64,000 bases of DNA from Paraspadella gotoi (Eukaryota > Animalia > Chaetognatha): the NCBI GenBank assembly GCA_051294375.1, contig CM119264.1, forward strand, positions 30,632,091 through 30,696,090, given 5' to 3'. The position numbers and the translations under genes were made by a program. Below the pieces are notes generated by a model. It was not told the DNA's origin. It saw only the letters and a program-made list of their open reading frames with translations, and ran no database searches. Position 1 is the first letter of the stretch; every line of letters begins with the position of its first letter. Of this stretch, positions 37,672-51,233 are shown one piece after another.

Positions 37672-38580
37672 AAAGAAAGAAAAGACGACTGAAGAAAAAG
37701 ACGAGATAGAAGAGACAGAATAGGAAGATGAAGCACGAACAAAAGCGACGACAGACAGAATGACGATGAAGAAAGAGACGGACAAAGAAGAACGAACGAC
37801 GACGATAGAAAAAACGAGAGAAAAGAGAGAAGAAGACGACAATAGGAGAAAAAGAAGACAGACGACTGGAAAAGACACGAGAAGACACACAACGATGACC
37901 GCAAACGACCAGCACGATGAGATGAAACAAGAGATGATGAAGACGACAATGGGGATGAAGAAGAAAGAAGACGGACGAAAGACGAAAAAAAACGACAAGA
38001 CGACGACTGAAGTGGAAAAGACGATGAAAAGAAAAGACATGAAGACGACTGAGAAAAGACGACGACGACGATGAAGAAAAAGAAGACGACGCAAGAAGAC
38101 GGACGACGAATGAAGAAAAAAGCGATGAAGAAACAAAAGCAGAAGACGACCGACTGAAGAGAAGAAGAAAAAGACGACTGCCACAGATGAAGAAAAAGAA
38201 GACGACGAAGAGAATACGACGATGAGGATGAAGAAAAAAGACGATGGAAGATGAGAAGACATAAAATAAGATGACAGAAAAGACAACGACGACGGAAATG
38301 AAGAAAAAGACGACGACGCAAGAAGAACACGACGGAAGAAAAAGACGATGCGAAAAGACCATAAAGACGCATATGAATAAGAAAAGACGATTGACGATGA
38401 CGACGAAAAAGCGACAAAAGACGACGATTTGAAGATGAGAAAAAAGGACGCGAGAAGACGACGATACGAAGAAAAAAAAATCGCGACATGTCGAGCATGG
38501 ATTAAGACGAGAAGACACCGTATATGACGACGACGATGCCGAACGTTTAAAAGAGGACGACAACGATGAGTTGACGATTC
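37671..38580. repeat. (GAC/GAA) low-complexity region; second version at 44882-45640
   Basis: Degenerate GAAGACGAC repeats; source of the 300-aa S/F/V/R-rich ORFs. Confidence 0.9.
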
Positions 38581-39063
38581 GTTCCAAAGGACAGTATTAA
38601 AACTCGGAAACACATTACAAATAAAATAACAGAATACATTGGAATGTCTTTTCGATACATTTGAACTTCTTTGTAGTTACTTCATTAAAAAGCCGAACGA
38701 ATAACGAGATGTAGAGAGTTGATTGAACTTTCAGCCTTTGCATTACTTTTGATGGCCTTAAACCAAGCTGTCAAAGTAGGGCAGAAGTATTTATTAATGA
38801 TGGTTTTATGCGTTGTACAATTCTACAAGAGTTCGCGTGTTCGCACGTTGTTCCGCTGACTTGTTCCCCGGGGGCCCTTTGAAGAAGGGGGTGAGCCATC
38901 TTCGAATGGTGGGGGAGCGGCGGGTAGTGACGGCACTGCGGGGCGGTGTGATTGGCGGGGAGAGGCGGGAAGCAGGCTTGAACCGCGGCGTGGAGTTCTC
39001 GACGTTTCTATGGCAACTGGGGCGACTCCGTTTCTCTTCTCTCAACTTTGTTCGTCGTCATGT

Positions 39064-42000
39064 TTTGACGCTGGAGTCAAAGAGTTGTGAAGGGAGGAGA
39101 GGCGTGGCAGTCGTTGTCGAGAGGCCTGTTCGTATTGTGCCAATCCTCGGATGGTCGACGCTCAGCATAGTCGCTTATCTGATTTCATTTGTCGCCTGAA
39201 ATCCTGAAAAGCAATGGCGCCGTGATGTTTGGCCATTCAGTCTCTCTTTTTTCCATTTTGCCGACAGTTTCAGTCGTGTTTGTTGACAAGAGACCGAATT
39301 CAGTGAGAAATATGAGAAGGCGATGTCAAAGGGAATGTCAGCTAGTTGTCATAGTTGTCACTAGCTTGCAACCTTACGAAGTCAGAATGGGGGAGTTGAG
39401 CCGTTGCGACGCAAAGGTCCAAGCCGTTGTCCCGCGTATTTTGCCGGGTCAGTTTCACTGTCGAGAGTGCCGTGAGTAAAATGAAGTTAAGATGAGGATC
39501 GAAAAGCAGAAAGGAAAACAGGGATATTGCAGTAAGGAATGCTATTGAGGTAAGTTCCTGTCTGGAGTCGGAATGAAGATGCGAGTAAAAAAATCCAGTG
39601 AGAAAGTGAACGATAAAAATTGTTGCAAGAGTAAAATGCTTGAGAATGAATGGATGCAGCAAGTGAATGGAATAGTAAAGTAACAGGAGAGAAGTCGAAT
39701 GGTAAAGAGTGAATTGTGAAGAGCTGAAAGGATGTGGAATTAATGGAGAGAGTTAATGATAAAGAAGTAATGGCAGCAGAAGTGAATTGCTGAATGGGTT
39801 AGAAAGTGAATTCACGTGAATTGTGAAAATCTCGGCGACTTCAGAGTCGGAAAACTCGACAAGAAGACAAGAAGAGATTTTGAGGAGGTGAAAAGCGTCT
39901 GTCGCCTTCACGGCAACACGATGACACACCTTGTTGGCAACGGCGATCACCCCAAGTGCACTGGAGGTCTCACGAATGTCACTGAATGGCACCGAGTAGG
40001 CCCGAAGCGCGACACTGGATGGCACGAGTGGCACTGGATGGCATTGAGTGCACTGGACAGGACTGCGATAGCACCATATGGCTGCCGCAGCGACACTGCG
40101 ATAGCAACTAGATGTCCCCGAGTGGGCCTTGGTAATAGTCCTGAGTGGCACCAAGATGGCACCAGATGGAACCGCGAAAGGTGAAGTTCTCGCAGCAGAC
40201 GCGATGAAAAGATCACGTCGGTGCACTTTTGGCGTGCAGAGAGGGAAGGAGGACGGTAGAAGAGGGAGCGGTGGGGGGAAGAAAGGAAAGGCAGTAGGAA
40301 GAAAGGAAAGGAGGAAGGAGGAAAGGGATAGGGATGGAAGGAGATGAAAGGGAAGAAGGAGGGAAGGAGGGAGGATGGAGAAAAGGGAAAGGCAGGCAGG
40401 GGAAGGAGGAAGGCGAGGAAAGGGAGGAAAGGAAGAGTGGAGGAGGAAGGAAGGGATGGATAGGAAAGCGAGAAGGAGGGAGGGAAGGAGGGAGAAAGAA
40501 GGGAAGGGAAGGAGAAGGAAGAGGGAAGAATGAATGGGAAAGAGAAGGAAGCGCAAGGGAAGAAGCGAGAAGCAGAAGAGATAAGGATGTGGGAGGATTT
40601 TGGTGAGTGTGCGCGTTGTGAATGTTCGCGGAAAGGATCGGAAAAAAAGGAGTTTTCATTTTGTGATTATCGGAGGTGTTTTGATGTGAGCGAGGTCAAC
40701 GAATTTGACCGCGGAAAGTGAAAGGAGGAGAGCAAGATGGAAGGAGGAAGAGAGCAAGGAGGTAAGAGGAGGAGGATGCAGAAGAAGGAGCGAAGGGAAA
40801 GGGGAGAGGGAGAAAAGGAGGAAGAGCGACGAAGGAGGAAGGCAAGCGAGAGAAGCGAGGAAGAGGAAAAGAAGAAGAGAAGAATGAAAGGAAAAAAGGC
40901 GTCAAAAGGTATCCAAGACGAAGGAAGGTGAGGAATTTGTGACAACGGCTAAGGAAGAGGTGAGAACATGGATGAGACAGGGGTGATACAGGGGTGATAC
41001 AGGGCGTTAGACAGGGGGTGATAAGGGTGAGACAGGGAGAAGTGGTGAGACATGAGTGAGATAGCGGGCTGAGACATCCGGCGTGAGACTATGATTGAGA
41101 GAGGGGTTAACAGTGGGTGATACAAGCGGCGTGCAGTACATTGGACTGAAGACCAGGGGTGAGACACGGTGTGAGCACATGGATGAGACCAGGCGGTGCA
41201 GACAGGGGTGAGATCATGGATGAGGACATGGCATAGACCAGAGGGTGAGACAGGGCGTGAGACATGGTATGCAGACAGGGGTGAGCACAGTCGGTGAGAC
41301 CATGCGATGAGCGGGCGCGTGGGTGCATTACCCAGGCCGCGTGAGAACAGGGGTGCAGACCATGTGGATTGAGGAACGGGGTTTAGTACAGGGGTGAGCA
41401 CGAGCGCTGGCTTAGGACAGGGGTGAGACCATGGATGAGACAGGGAGACCAGGGTGCATACAGTTGGTGTGATACAGGGCTGAGACGAAGGGGTGCAGAC
41501 CAGGATGAGACGGGGGTGCATACAGGGGCTGAGTACAGGGGTTTTAGACAGGGGTGAGACAGGGGTTCAGAAGGATGCGAGACGGGGTGATACAAGAGGC
41601 GCGTGAGACAGGTGAGACAGGGGTGATACAGGGTGAGACCAGGGGTGAGACATGGATGAGACAGGGTGCATACAGGGTGAGACAGCAGTCAGACAAATGG
41701 AGAGACGGCGGGTGATACAGGCGTGAACAGGGGTTAGACAGGGGTGCCAGATCATGCTGATGAGACAGGGGTGAGACAGGCGGTGATACAGCGGGTATAC
41801 AGGGGTTGAGACAGCGGGTGAGACATGGCATGAGGACGGGCCGCGTGATACATGGCGTGAGAAAAGTTTTAAAAATAGAAGCCTGATGAAAAAAGCGTGA
41901 GAGAACATGTGACATTAATTTTTTTTTTCTTCGCCGAATCGTCTTTGCTTGCTCTTCTTACGAATTCTCAAAAAGATTAAAAAATTATACTGCGAGAGAA

Positions 42001-43603
42001 AAATAAGTCCTGTCTGAACTATTTTTAAAAATTTGAGATACAGAACAGAATGAAACAAACTTAAACTCGAATTTTCCCTCCTAATCACAATGAAAACTCT
42101 TTTTTCCGATCCTTTCCCGACATTCACAACCCACACTCACCAAATCCTTCCCCATCCTTATCTTTTCTTCCTCCTTCCTCCCTTTTCTTCCCATTTCATC
42201 TTCCTTCTCCTTTCCCTCTCCCTCTTCCTTCTTCTCCCTTCCCTCCTCTCCCTTCCTTCCTTCTCCTTCCTTCCCTCTCTCCTCCTTGCGCTTTCCCTCC
42301 TCCACTTCCTCCTCTCCGCTTTCCTCCTTCCTCCCTTTCCTCCCTCCTCCTTTTCCCTTTCCTCCATCCTCCCTTATCCTTCCCTCCTTCTTCCCTTTCA
42401 TCCTTCCTCCCTACCCTTTCCTCCTTCCTCCCTTTCCTTTCCTTCCTACTCCTTTCCTTTTTTCCCCCACCCTCCCTCTTCTACCTCCTCCTCCCTCTCT
42501 GCACCCAAAAGTCACCGACGTGATCTTTTCATCAGCGTCTGCTCGAGACTTCACCTTTCCGGTGCCATCTGGTGCCATCTGGTGCCACTCAGGGCTATCC
42601 AAGGCCACTCGGGGACATCTAGTGCTATCCAGTGTCGCTCGGCACCATATGGTGCTATCCAGTCCTGTCCAGTGCTACTCAATGCCATCCAGTGTCACTC
42701 GTGCCATCCAGTGTCGCTCGGGGCCACTCGGTGCCATTCAGTGACATTCGGAGACCTCCAGTGCCACTTGGGGTGATCCGTTGCCACAAGGTGTCATCGG
42801 TTGCCGTGAAGGCGACAGACGCTTTTCACCTCCTCAAAATCTTTCTTGTCTTCTTGGTCGAGTTTTCCGACTCTGAGTCGCCGATTTTCACAATTCACTG
42901 AATTCACTCTTCACCATTCGCAATTCACTTCTCTCCATTCACTTCTTTTCATTCACTCCTCTCCATTAATTCCGCATCTTTCACTCTTCACAATTCACTC
43001 TTTACCATTCACTTCTCTCCGTTCACTTTTATTCATTCACTTCTCTCCATTCATTCCTCAACTTTTACTCTTCACAATTTTTATCGTTCACTTTCCACTG
43101 GATTTTTTACTCGATCTTCATTCCGACTCCAGCAGAACTTACCTCAATACATTCCTTACCTCTAATTCCCGTTTTCCTTTTCTGTTTTCGTCCTCATCTT
43201 AACTCCTTTTACTCCCGCACTCTCGACAGTGAAACTGACCGCAAAATCGGGACAACCTGGACCTTTGCGTCCAACGGCTCAACTCCCCCATTCTGACTTC
43301 GTGGTTGCAACTACTGACAACTACTGACAACTACTGACATTCCCTTTGACATCGCGCTTCTCATATTTCTCACTGATTGGTCTCTGTCAACAAACACGAC
43401 TAAACTGTCGGCAAAAATGAAAAAAGAGAGACTCGATGGCCAACATCACGGCGCCATTGCTTTCAGGATTTCAGGCGACAAATGAAATCAAGATAAAGCG
43501 ACTATCTGAGCCGTCGACATCCGAGATTGGCACAATACGACAGGCCTCTCGACAACCTGCCAGCCTCTCCTCCCTTCACAACTCTATTGACTCCAGCGTC
43601 AAA
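39064..43603. repeat. Long inverted repeat: arms ~39064-40669 and ~42082-43603, ~1.4-kb spacer
   Basis: 'ttgacgctggagtcaa..agagttgtgaagggaggagaggc' is the reverse complement of 43563-43603; 'ggatcggaaaaaa..gagttttcatt..gtgatta' of 42082-42112. Internal TGGCAC, GTGAAT and purine blocks are mirrored. Confidence 0.92.
40965..41860. repeat. ~11-bp minisatellite (GAGACAGGGGT / GATACAGGGGT), ~900 bp, in the inverted-repeat spacer
   Basis: Unit read directly many times, with variants such as CATGGATGAGA. Confidence 0.9.
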
Positions 43604-45994
43604 GGCTTTACTCGTGCCCCGCAACGCTCACTGAAAATCCAGTCAAGTAAGTTATTCTTCACATTTTTCTAATTAAAAAATCACGAAAAACTCAGATGTA
43701 AATTTTGGGATTTGTATTGATAGAGAAGCCGCGCAATAAATGGCGATAATAAAAAGTTTTTAAGAAGGAAAGAAATACATAAGAATTTTTCAAAAAACGG
43801 TGTAAAAAAAAGTTCTGAAAATTTTTTTTTGTATAAAAAAAAAAAAAAGAGAGATGAGAGAGAGCACGAGAGAGAAGCGTACGGAGGAGACGGAAGAGAC
43901 GAGAGAGAGATAGAGCACCTGACTCGTTTTTTTTAAACGATTCAGAAAAAAGCAGCGCCCTGAGTCAAAGTATATATGTTCTTTAGATAAGAAAAAAATA
44001 ATCAGAATTTTCTAAAAACGAACGACTCACGCCAAGAGATCGTACAGAGAGCAACAGACGCAAACAAAGAGAGACAGAGACGAGACTGAACTCGTTTTAA
44101 ACGATCAGTCACAGAAAACGCAGCGTCTGATCAAATATATATGGTTTTTTTAGAAGAAAAAATAAAATAAAAGAAAGGCAAAAAATGTTACAATGCGTTT
44201 AACAATTGAAATTTTCCAATTTTTTACAATCGGAGCTTTGTTAAAAGATTTTATTTTTATTTGGTTATAACAATTAACATATTAGCATTCCAATTTAAAA
44301 GTTATTTGCGGAGTTCCCATTTTTATTATAGATTTAAAAAAAATTTTTTGAAGTCTTCAAATCTTCAATATTATGTACTGCAATATGTAAATTAGATATT
44401 TAAAGCCATATTCTATTGTATACTAATTTGGGATATTATAATGAGTACTATAATCTCATTTGGCATATTGCCAGTAAATCATCATGAAGTTGTAAATTCA
44501 AACAAAAAATTACCTTATATCCAACATGCTAATAGAAGAAAATATCAAAGCTATTTCAAGATGTGAAGCCATATCCCTAAATTTATTAACTTACTTATGA
44601 TCGCACAGCTTTTGTTTTAAAACTTTCTACCCATAAATTCATAATAATTTTTATTTAAAAAAAACGGTTAAGTCACAGCCAACATCCTATTAAAAGCGTA
44701 GTCAGTTTCATTATATAGAAAATAACCAGCGCGACGACGACGACGACCGACGACCGCACGACGACCGACCGACTACGCTCACAAAAAGAAAGCAATCCTA
44801 AATCATTTTATAGAGCCTGCAACCCGGCTTGTTTCGCCGGTCATGCCTCGATACAAAAAGCACGTACGCGACATGACGATGCCAAGAAAAAGAAAAGACG
44901 ACGCAAGAAGGACGACGATAGAAGATGAAGAACTAGGAAAGAAGCACCGAACAAGAAGCGACGACGACAGATGCAAGAAAAAGAGACGGAGCGAAGAAGA
45001 ACGAACGACGACGATTGAAGAAAAAAGAAGACGACGAGAAAGACGACGACGCACGATGAAGAAAAAGAAGACCGCTACGACGACCGCACGATCGCACGAT
45101 GAAGAACAAGAATGACTGAACCGACGACGGCATGAAGAAAGAAGACGGAGAAAAAGACCGACGACACGAGTGAAGGAAAAAGAAGACGACGAAGAACGCA
45201 CGATCGAACGATGAAGAAAAAAACACAGGAAGACGACGATCAGAAGACAAAAGGACGACGATGCAGACAGGAAATGCAAGAAAAAGGCGAATGACGACGA
45301 CGTGAAGAGAGAAGAAGACAACAGAAACGACGACGATGAAGAAAAAATAGACGACGAAGAAGTACGACGATGGAAGATGAGAAAAAAAGAGACGAAAATG
45401 AACGATGTAAGAAAAAATAGACCGACGACAAAGACAATGTCGACGGACAATGATTACAAAACGAAGACGACGTACGCATAAACGGACGGATCTACTAGAC
45501 GAAACGACAGAGAAGACGACGACGCGATTAAGAAGATGATAAGACGACGACACGATCATTTTGCAAGACTCGAGACGCAAGACGACAACCGCAACGGATT
45601 GCATGAAGAAAACCTAAGACGACGACGATGACGTTTGAAAACGAATTTGTTCCAAAGGACAAAAACTCGGAAACACATTACAAATAAAATAAGCAGAATA
45701 CATGATATCCGAACTCTCTTCTCTGCTCTACCAACAGGATTGTTCTACCGCTTTGACTCTCGGTCGAGGGCGGTTGATGGTAGGGGGGGTGGAGGGCCAG
45801 ATTTCGAATGGTGGGGAGCGGCGGAGTAGTGCGACGGCGCGGCTGCCGTTGATTGGCGCGGGAGAGGCGGGAAGCGGCTTAACCGGCGTTGGAGTTCTCG
45901 ACGTTTCTATGGCAAACTGGGGCGACTCCGGTTTCTCTTTTCCAACTTTGTTCGTCGTCATTTTTTGACNNNNNNNNNNNNNNNNNNNNNNNNN

Positions 45995-46170
45995 CATCAT
46001 TATTGCCATCATTGCCATCATGTGCATCATAATTGCCATCGTTTCCGTCATTGCCATCACGGGCATCATTATTGCCATCGTTGCCATCACGTGCATCATT
46101 ATTGCCATCGTTGCCATCATAGCCATCATGTGCATCATTATTTCCATCGTTGCCATCATTGCCATCATTG
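45995..46170. repeat. 30-bp minisatellite built from TTGCCATC subunits (CATCATTATTGCCATCGTTGCCATCACGTG)
   Basis: About 5-6 copies read directly after the 25-N gap. Confidence 0.85.
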
Positions 46171-47854
46171 AGGTTATGGGTCATATTTGCTCTCCTTACC
46201 GTCATTGCTATCATTGTCGTTAATTCTGAAATGGCCGTCAAAAATGACAATAACATCGTCTCTAAAGTATTAGATCTGTCATCATTGATGTCATTATCAG
46301 TTAGAAATGCGGACTCCAATTTTATCACAACTCAGTCCATTCCGGGAAACCGGCACACGTTCACTCTCAAGAACTATAAAATTTCTTCGAATCGACTGGA
46401 TTGTCTGTGGATGTGGGGTTCCAACTTCAAAAAATGAGGCGAAACCTCTCGGAAATATATGGGTTACTTTTCCTTTAATCAAAAAATACCCGCAGATAAA
46501 TAGAACCCTAGTCTCACGAAACGTACATCACCTGTATAGAGTCGCATATGCTTCTCTGACTCTCTTCCTTCTCTCTCTTCGATACCTGACAGACTTACGA
46601 TACGAAAAACGAAGAGACAATTCTTCCGTTTTCAACATGAAGATGTCCGAAAATACCTAACTCTCTGTGCCTCTCTCTCTCTCTCTCTCATCTACTCTCT
46701 CTCCTCTGTCTGGCTCCAGGGTCTCCCTTTCACTCTCTCTCTCTCCTCTCATCTCTCTTTTCTCTCTAGCTCTCATTCTCCTTCTCTCTAACATTCGGAT
46801 CATCTCTCTCTTTCTCCTCCTGCTCTCTCTTCTCCTCTTTCCCTCTACTGCTCTCTGCGCCCAGTTACTCTCGTGAGGAAAGACCATTCACGCCAGTCCG
46901 TCTCTCTGATTCTCTCGTGCCGCTCGCGATGAGCGTTTTTGGTCTATGACGACGGAATTATCAACAACAACAACAACAACACCACCACCACCGCTCCTTC
47001 TCCTCCATCGAAGAATCCGCTTTTGCGTTGGCGTTTATTTGTTTGTTGCGGTTTTTAATGTAATAGAGGCGAAGGCATATTCGTATTAGCATACTAATTG
47101 TTGGGAGAGTTGGATAGACGAGGAGATAAATAGACGGACAAACGGATATAAAGATTGTGCTACAGTTGAATAAACATATTCAGATAGAAAGAAAGGTATA
47201 TAGATAGATAGATAGATANNNNNNNNNNNNNNNNNNNNNNNNNNNNNNNNNNNNNNNNNNNNNNNNNNNNNNNNNNNNNNNNNNNNNNNNNNNNNNNNNN
47301 NNNNNNNNNNNNNNNNNNNNNNNNNNNNNNNNNNNNNNNNNNNNNNNNNNNNNNNNNNNNNNNNNNNNNNNNNNNNNNNNNNNNNNNNNNNNNNNNNNNN
47401 NNNNNNNNNNNNNNNNNNNNNNNNNNNNNNNNNNNNNNNNNNNNNNNNNNNTTGGGGTATTGAATCAGGGGGAAAACATAGCTTGAAAGCTCTTTAAATA
47501 AATAAATTACAACTTTTTACATACATTGTTTAATGTTTATACTAACTTCATAACCCCGACACCAACAAAAGCAAAACAAAATAATAAACTAACTCTTTAA
47601 TCTCATTCACAATGTCCCATTTTTCCTCACCCATTCTACCTTTCCAAGGGTCTCTTTAGACCCACCCTTGTGCCTCACCTCCCAACCCATTTTCGAAGCC
47701 CCTTCCAGAACCCCTTTTTAATTCTCCCCTTCCACCTCCCTACTTTTCCCATTCTCCTTTTCCCTCGATACGAAATCTCATCAAAATCTCTTGAGTTTCT
47801 TTTTCGAGAGAAATTATTATCTGTCGTTGAGATGAGATTTTAACCGACTTTCCC

Positions 47855-48270
47855 GCGGACGTCCGTCCCTCTGTCCGTCCGTCCGTCCTTCCGTCAGATC
47901 ATTAATCAGTACCTTTGTACATTCCTCCGTCAATTCATCCAAGTCCTTTTTTACGTCTGTCAGTCTCTCGGTCCGTCTGTCCTTTCTTGCGACAGTTTAT
48001 TCATAAGTCCGTTTGTCCGTCTGACCGTCAATTCATCCGGAGGTTAATCCATCTGTCCGTCTATCCATCCCACCATCCATCCGTCCTTCCGTCCGTCTTG
48101 CTCCGCATCCATCCATTCTTCCCTTTGTCCGTTTATCTCGTATTCTATCCATCGGTCCCTCCGTCCTTTCCTTTCCTCCCTATCTTCCTAATCTGTCACT
48201 TTCTCCGTTATTAATCCAACTGTCTATCTCTACATCCAGTCCATCCATCTGTCCGTCTTTCATTCCCTCC
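47855..48270 (+). repeat. Degenerate (GTCY/ATCC)n tract
   Basis: gtccgtccgtcc, gtccgtctgtcc and ccatccatcc repeated. Confidence 0.75.
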
Positions 48271-48384
48271 CAGCAAGGTCCCGCCCCCCTATCCGCCATC
48301 GTCTTACCTTCAGGACACAATAATCTGTTGCAGCCTTTCAATCTTCTTCATGTTCTTAATACATCAGTCTGACAAAATGAAGTG

Positions 48385-48431
<47 letters not shown>

Positions 48432-49654
48432 AAATGTTTATAATTTTCTATGCCTCGAGCGTTCGATTCGACGGCCGTAGGTTGAACTGGCTTTAACATG
48501 GAGAGGTTTTCTAAATCTCGAATGACGTAAATGTCGAATAAATGACGAATAAATCGTGCATAAGTTTATTATTGAAGGGAATAAATAAATGGCGAAATCA
48601 ATGTCGTATAATAAATTGGGGTAGAAAATCCTTGGATTGGGTAAAAACTACAGTTCCATTCGGCCGATCTTTTCCAGAGAAACGATTCTGATCGAATAAC
48701 AAGTGACGAGGTTTTCGGCCGAAAGAAACCAAAAGAAAGCGACTCGAACGGTGAAAAGACTGGTCTGAAAAGGTCTACAGAAATGACCAGGGAAAAATGA
48801 ATGGACGTGAGGTCACAAAATCTTTCAATGAGAATAGATTCAAAGATTAATCTTAATTCATTTGTCAAATAAGAAGGGGTATTAAAAATATCGTCTCGGA
48901 AAAAATTATATCACATAGTTGTTAAAAAGTCCATTTATTCAATAAATAATATATAAAATATGAGTAAAACATGCTCAATATTTGTGGGCTTTTTTGGCAT
49001 TATGTACCGCCTGCATTTGTGCTTCTTGATGTTCCAGAGCGAGGATCCAAAGAGAGTTGCAGTGCTTTGGGCATAACCAAACAATAGACTGATATGTACA
49101 GATATGTACAAACATGAAATGGTTAGACTTCAAAACTTAAAAATTCTGGATTGCCACAAGGAAATGAAGTATATGAAATTGGTACAACCAATGTAAAAAT
49201 TATCCATTCATTTAATAAATAAGCTTTCTTGCCCCTGACTTTGGACAGGCTTTGATGGTTTAAGGCCTCCATCACTCTTACAAGATAATGACATAGCAGG
49301 TCTCTGCAAGCTTTCAATCAAGATTCTCACAGTCTCGTTTATTCACTCCCAGAGTACCTGGCTTTCCTATAAATGAAGTGGTATAATATTTCAAAGAATG
49401 TTTCAATTGTATGAAAATGGTATTGAAATGGTATTATTGTGTTACGTTATGGTATTATGGTATATGGTATTATGGAAAGACCAAGTTAGCGAAGGGAGAA
49501 AAGGGAAAAAGGATTAACGTAATTTAAGCAAAGTTACTAAAAGAAGGCAATAACGGTTGAAGATTAAAAGCCTTGGAAACTCAAGGCGAATGAGGAGGGG
49601 AGAGAAAGAAATGGGGAAAAAGAAGAGAGAGAGAGAGAGAGAATATGTTGGACA

Positions 49655-50195
49655 GGAGAAAAGAAAAGGGAAAGAAAAGCTGAGGAAAGAAAGCTAAAAA
49701 GAAAGAGAGATGGAAGGAAAGAAAGTAAAAAAGAAAGGAAAAGGAAAGCTGAGGAAAGAAAGATAGAATGAAAGAGAGAAGGAAGGAAAGAAAGTAAAAA
49801 AGAAAGGAAAAGGAAAGCTGAGGAAAGAAAGATAAAAAGAAAGAGAGAAGGAAGGAAAGAAAGTAAAAAAGAAAGATAAAGAAAAGCAGAGGAAAGAAAG
49901 ACAGAATGACAGAGAGAAGGAAGGAAAGAAAGTAAAAAAAATATAAAGAAAAGCTGAGGAAAGAAAGATAGAATGAAAGAATGAAGGAAAGAATGTAAAA
50001 AAGAAAGGTAAAGGAAAGCTTGGGAAAAAAAGATAGAAGGAAATAGAGAAGAAAATAAAGAAAGTAAAAAAGAAAGATAAAGGATAGCTGAGGAAAGAAA
50101 GACAGAATTAAAGAAATATGGAAGGAAAGAAAGTAAAAAAGAAAGGTAAAGGAAAGCTGAAGAAAAAAAGATTGAATGAAAGAGAGAAGGAAGGA
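49655..50195. repeat. ~70-bp purine-rich tandem repeat (~8 copies; core GGAAAGCTGAGGAAAGAAAGATAGAATGAAAGAGAGAAGGAAGGAAAGAAAGTAAAAAAG)
   Basis: 'aagctgaggaaagaaag' recurs at about 70-bp spacing (49677, 49746, 49815, 49885, 49952...). Confidence 0.88.
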
Positions 50196-50901
50196 ACTAG
50201 TTAATTTATATTAATTTATTTATAAGAAAGAAATTAGAATTGAAAGAAATTCAAAATAAAACGCGATCGCGGAAAAGAAAAAGATGATAAATGAGATGAA
50301 CGCTTTTTACTAAAGAAAGCATGATACTGAAGACGTATCAAAGAATAGGTAATAAAGCATTGAGCGTCAGGGATTTCTTAGGTGTACCGTGTACTGAGAT
50401 CTGCAGGTAACCGCTCCCGCAGAGACGGAGAGCATCGCTCACTACCCTCGGACGAGTAAGGTGACGACCTGAGCACTGAGCAGATTATGATGATGAGAGA
50501 CCGATGAGCAGCCAGATGATCTGAGATTGCGACTGAGAAGGACATGAAAGAGATGACGAGAACGAAGGACTGAGGAGGAAAAGGGCAAACCGCCTTGGGC
50601 TTTAGAGAGAGATGGCAGAAAAAGATAAAAGTTTAATCGATTTGGAAAACGAAAAAAGAATTTTGTCTGTTTCGACATTTTTGCTTTTATCCTTCTATTC
50701 TTTGACTTTTTAAAAAGAGAAATTGGGTGTACTTGGAAGTTACTTTTGAAACAATAAATAAAATATTGTTTAAAATATTGTTTTGTGTTTGATTAGTAAA
50801 TATGGTATCATTTTTATTTTATCAACATAGTGAAAATTTTGACAAATCGTGTTATTATGATCGCAGGAAATAAATCATACTTTATTCTCTTGTTTGTCAT
50901 C

Positions 50902-50963
<62 letters not shown>

Positions 50964-51138
50964 CTTCCAAGGACGCAGTCGCTTCCAATCTCCATCCGGG
51001 TTTTCCAAACTGAGCACAACAACAACGACAAGGTGGGCTGCGGCTGGCTGCGGAGGCGGCGCTATCTCTCCGCTTTCGTTCCAACATCAATCATGTTTCC
51101 ATTGACAACCAGAACATTTTTTTTTCGCAATGGAATCC

Positions 51139-51233
51139 GTCATTGGACAGAATCGGAAAAAAAAGGGAGAGAAAATCTGGACTAAACGAAAAACTGGACA
51201 TCGGAAGGTCGCCCGTTCGATTCCCGGCAATGC
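51139..51233 (+). pseudogene. tRNA-Gly-like remnant (T-arm plus acceptor 3' half), possibly a tRNA-derived SINE head
   Basis: GTTCGATTCCCGGCAATGC (51215-51233) resembles the metazoan tRNA-Gly 3' end GGTTCGATTCCCGGCCAATGCA, with 'cattgg' upstream. D-arm and anticodon arm are not recognisable. Confidence 0.3.

Noticed and set aside
37587-38613. Three overlapping 300+ aa ORFs
   Set aside because: Reverse strand of GAC/GAA low-complexity DNA; not conserved in the second copy at 44803-45604.
45879-46328. NDGNDGNND-repeat ORF
   Set aside because: In-frame 30-bp minisatellite crossing a gap; no splice or domain support.
48308-48368. Minus-strand segment with good acceptor (ttttgtcag) and donor (gtaaga)
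   Set aside because: Stop codons in all three frames; could only be a non-coding exon and has no partner exon evidence.
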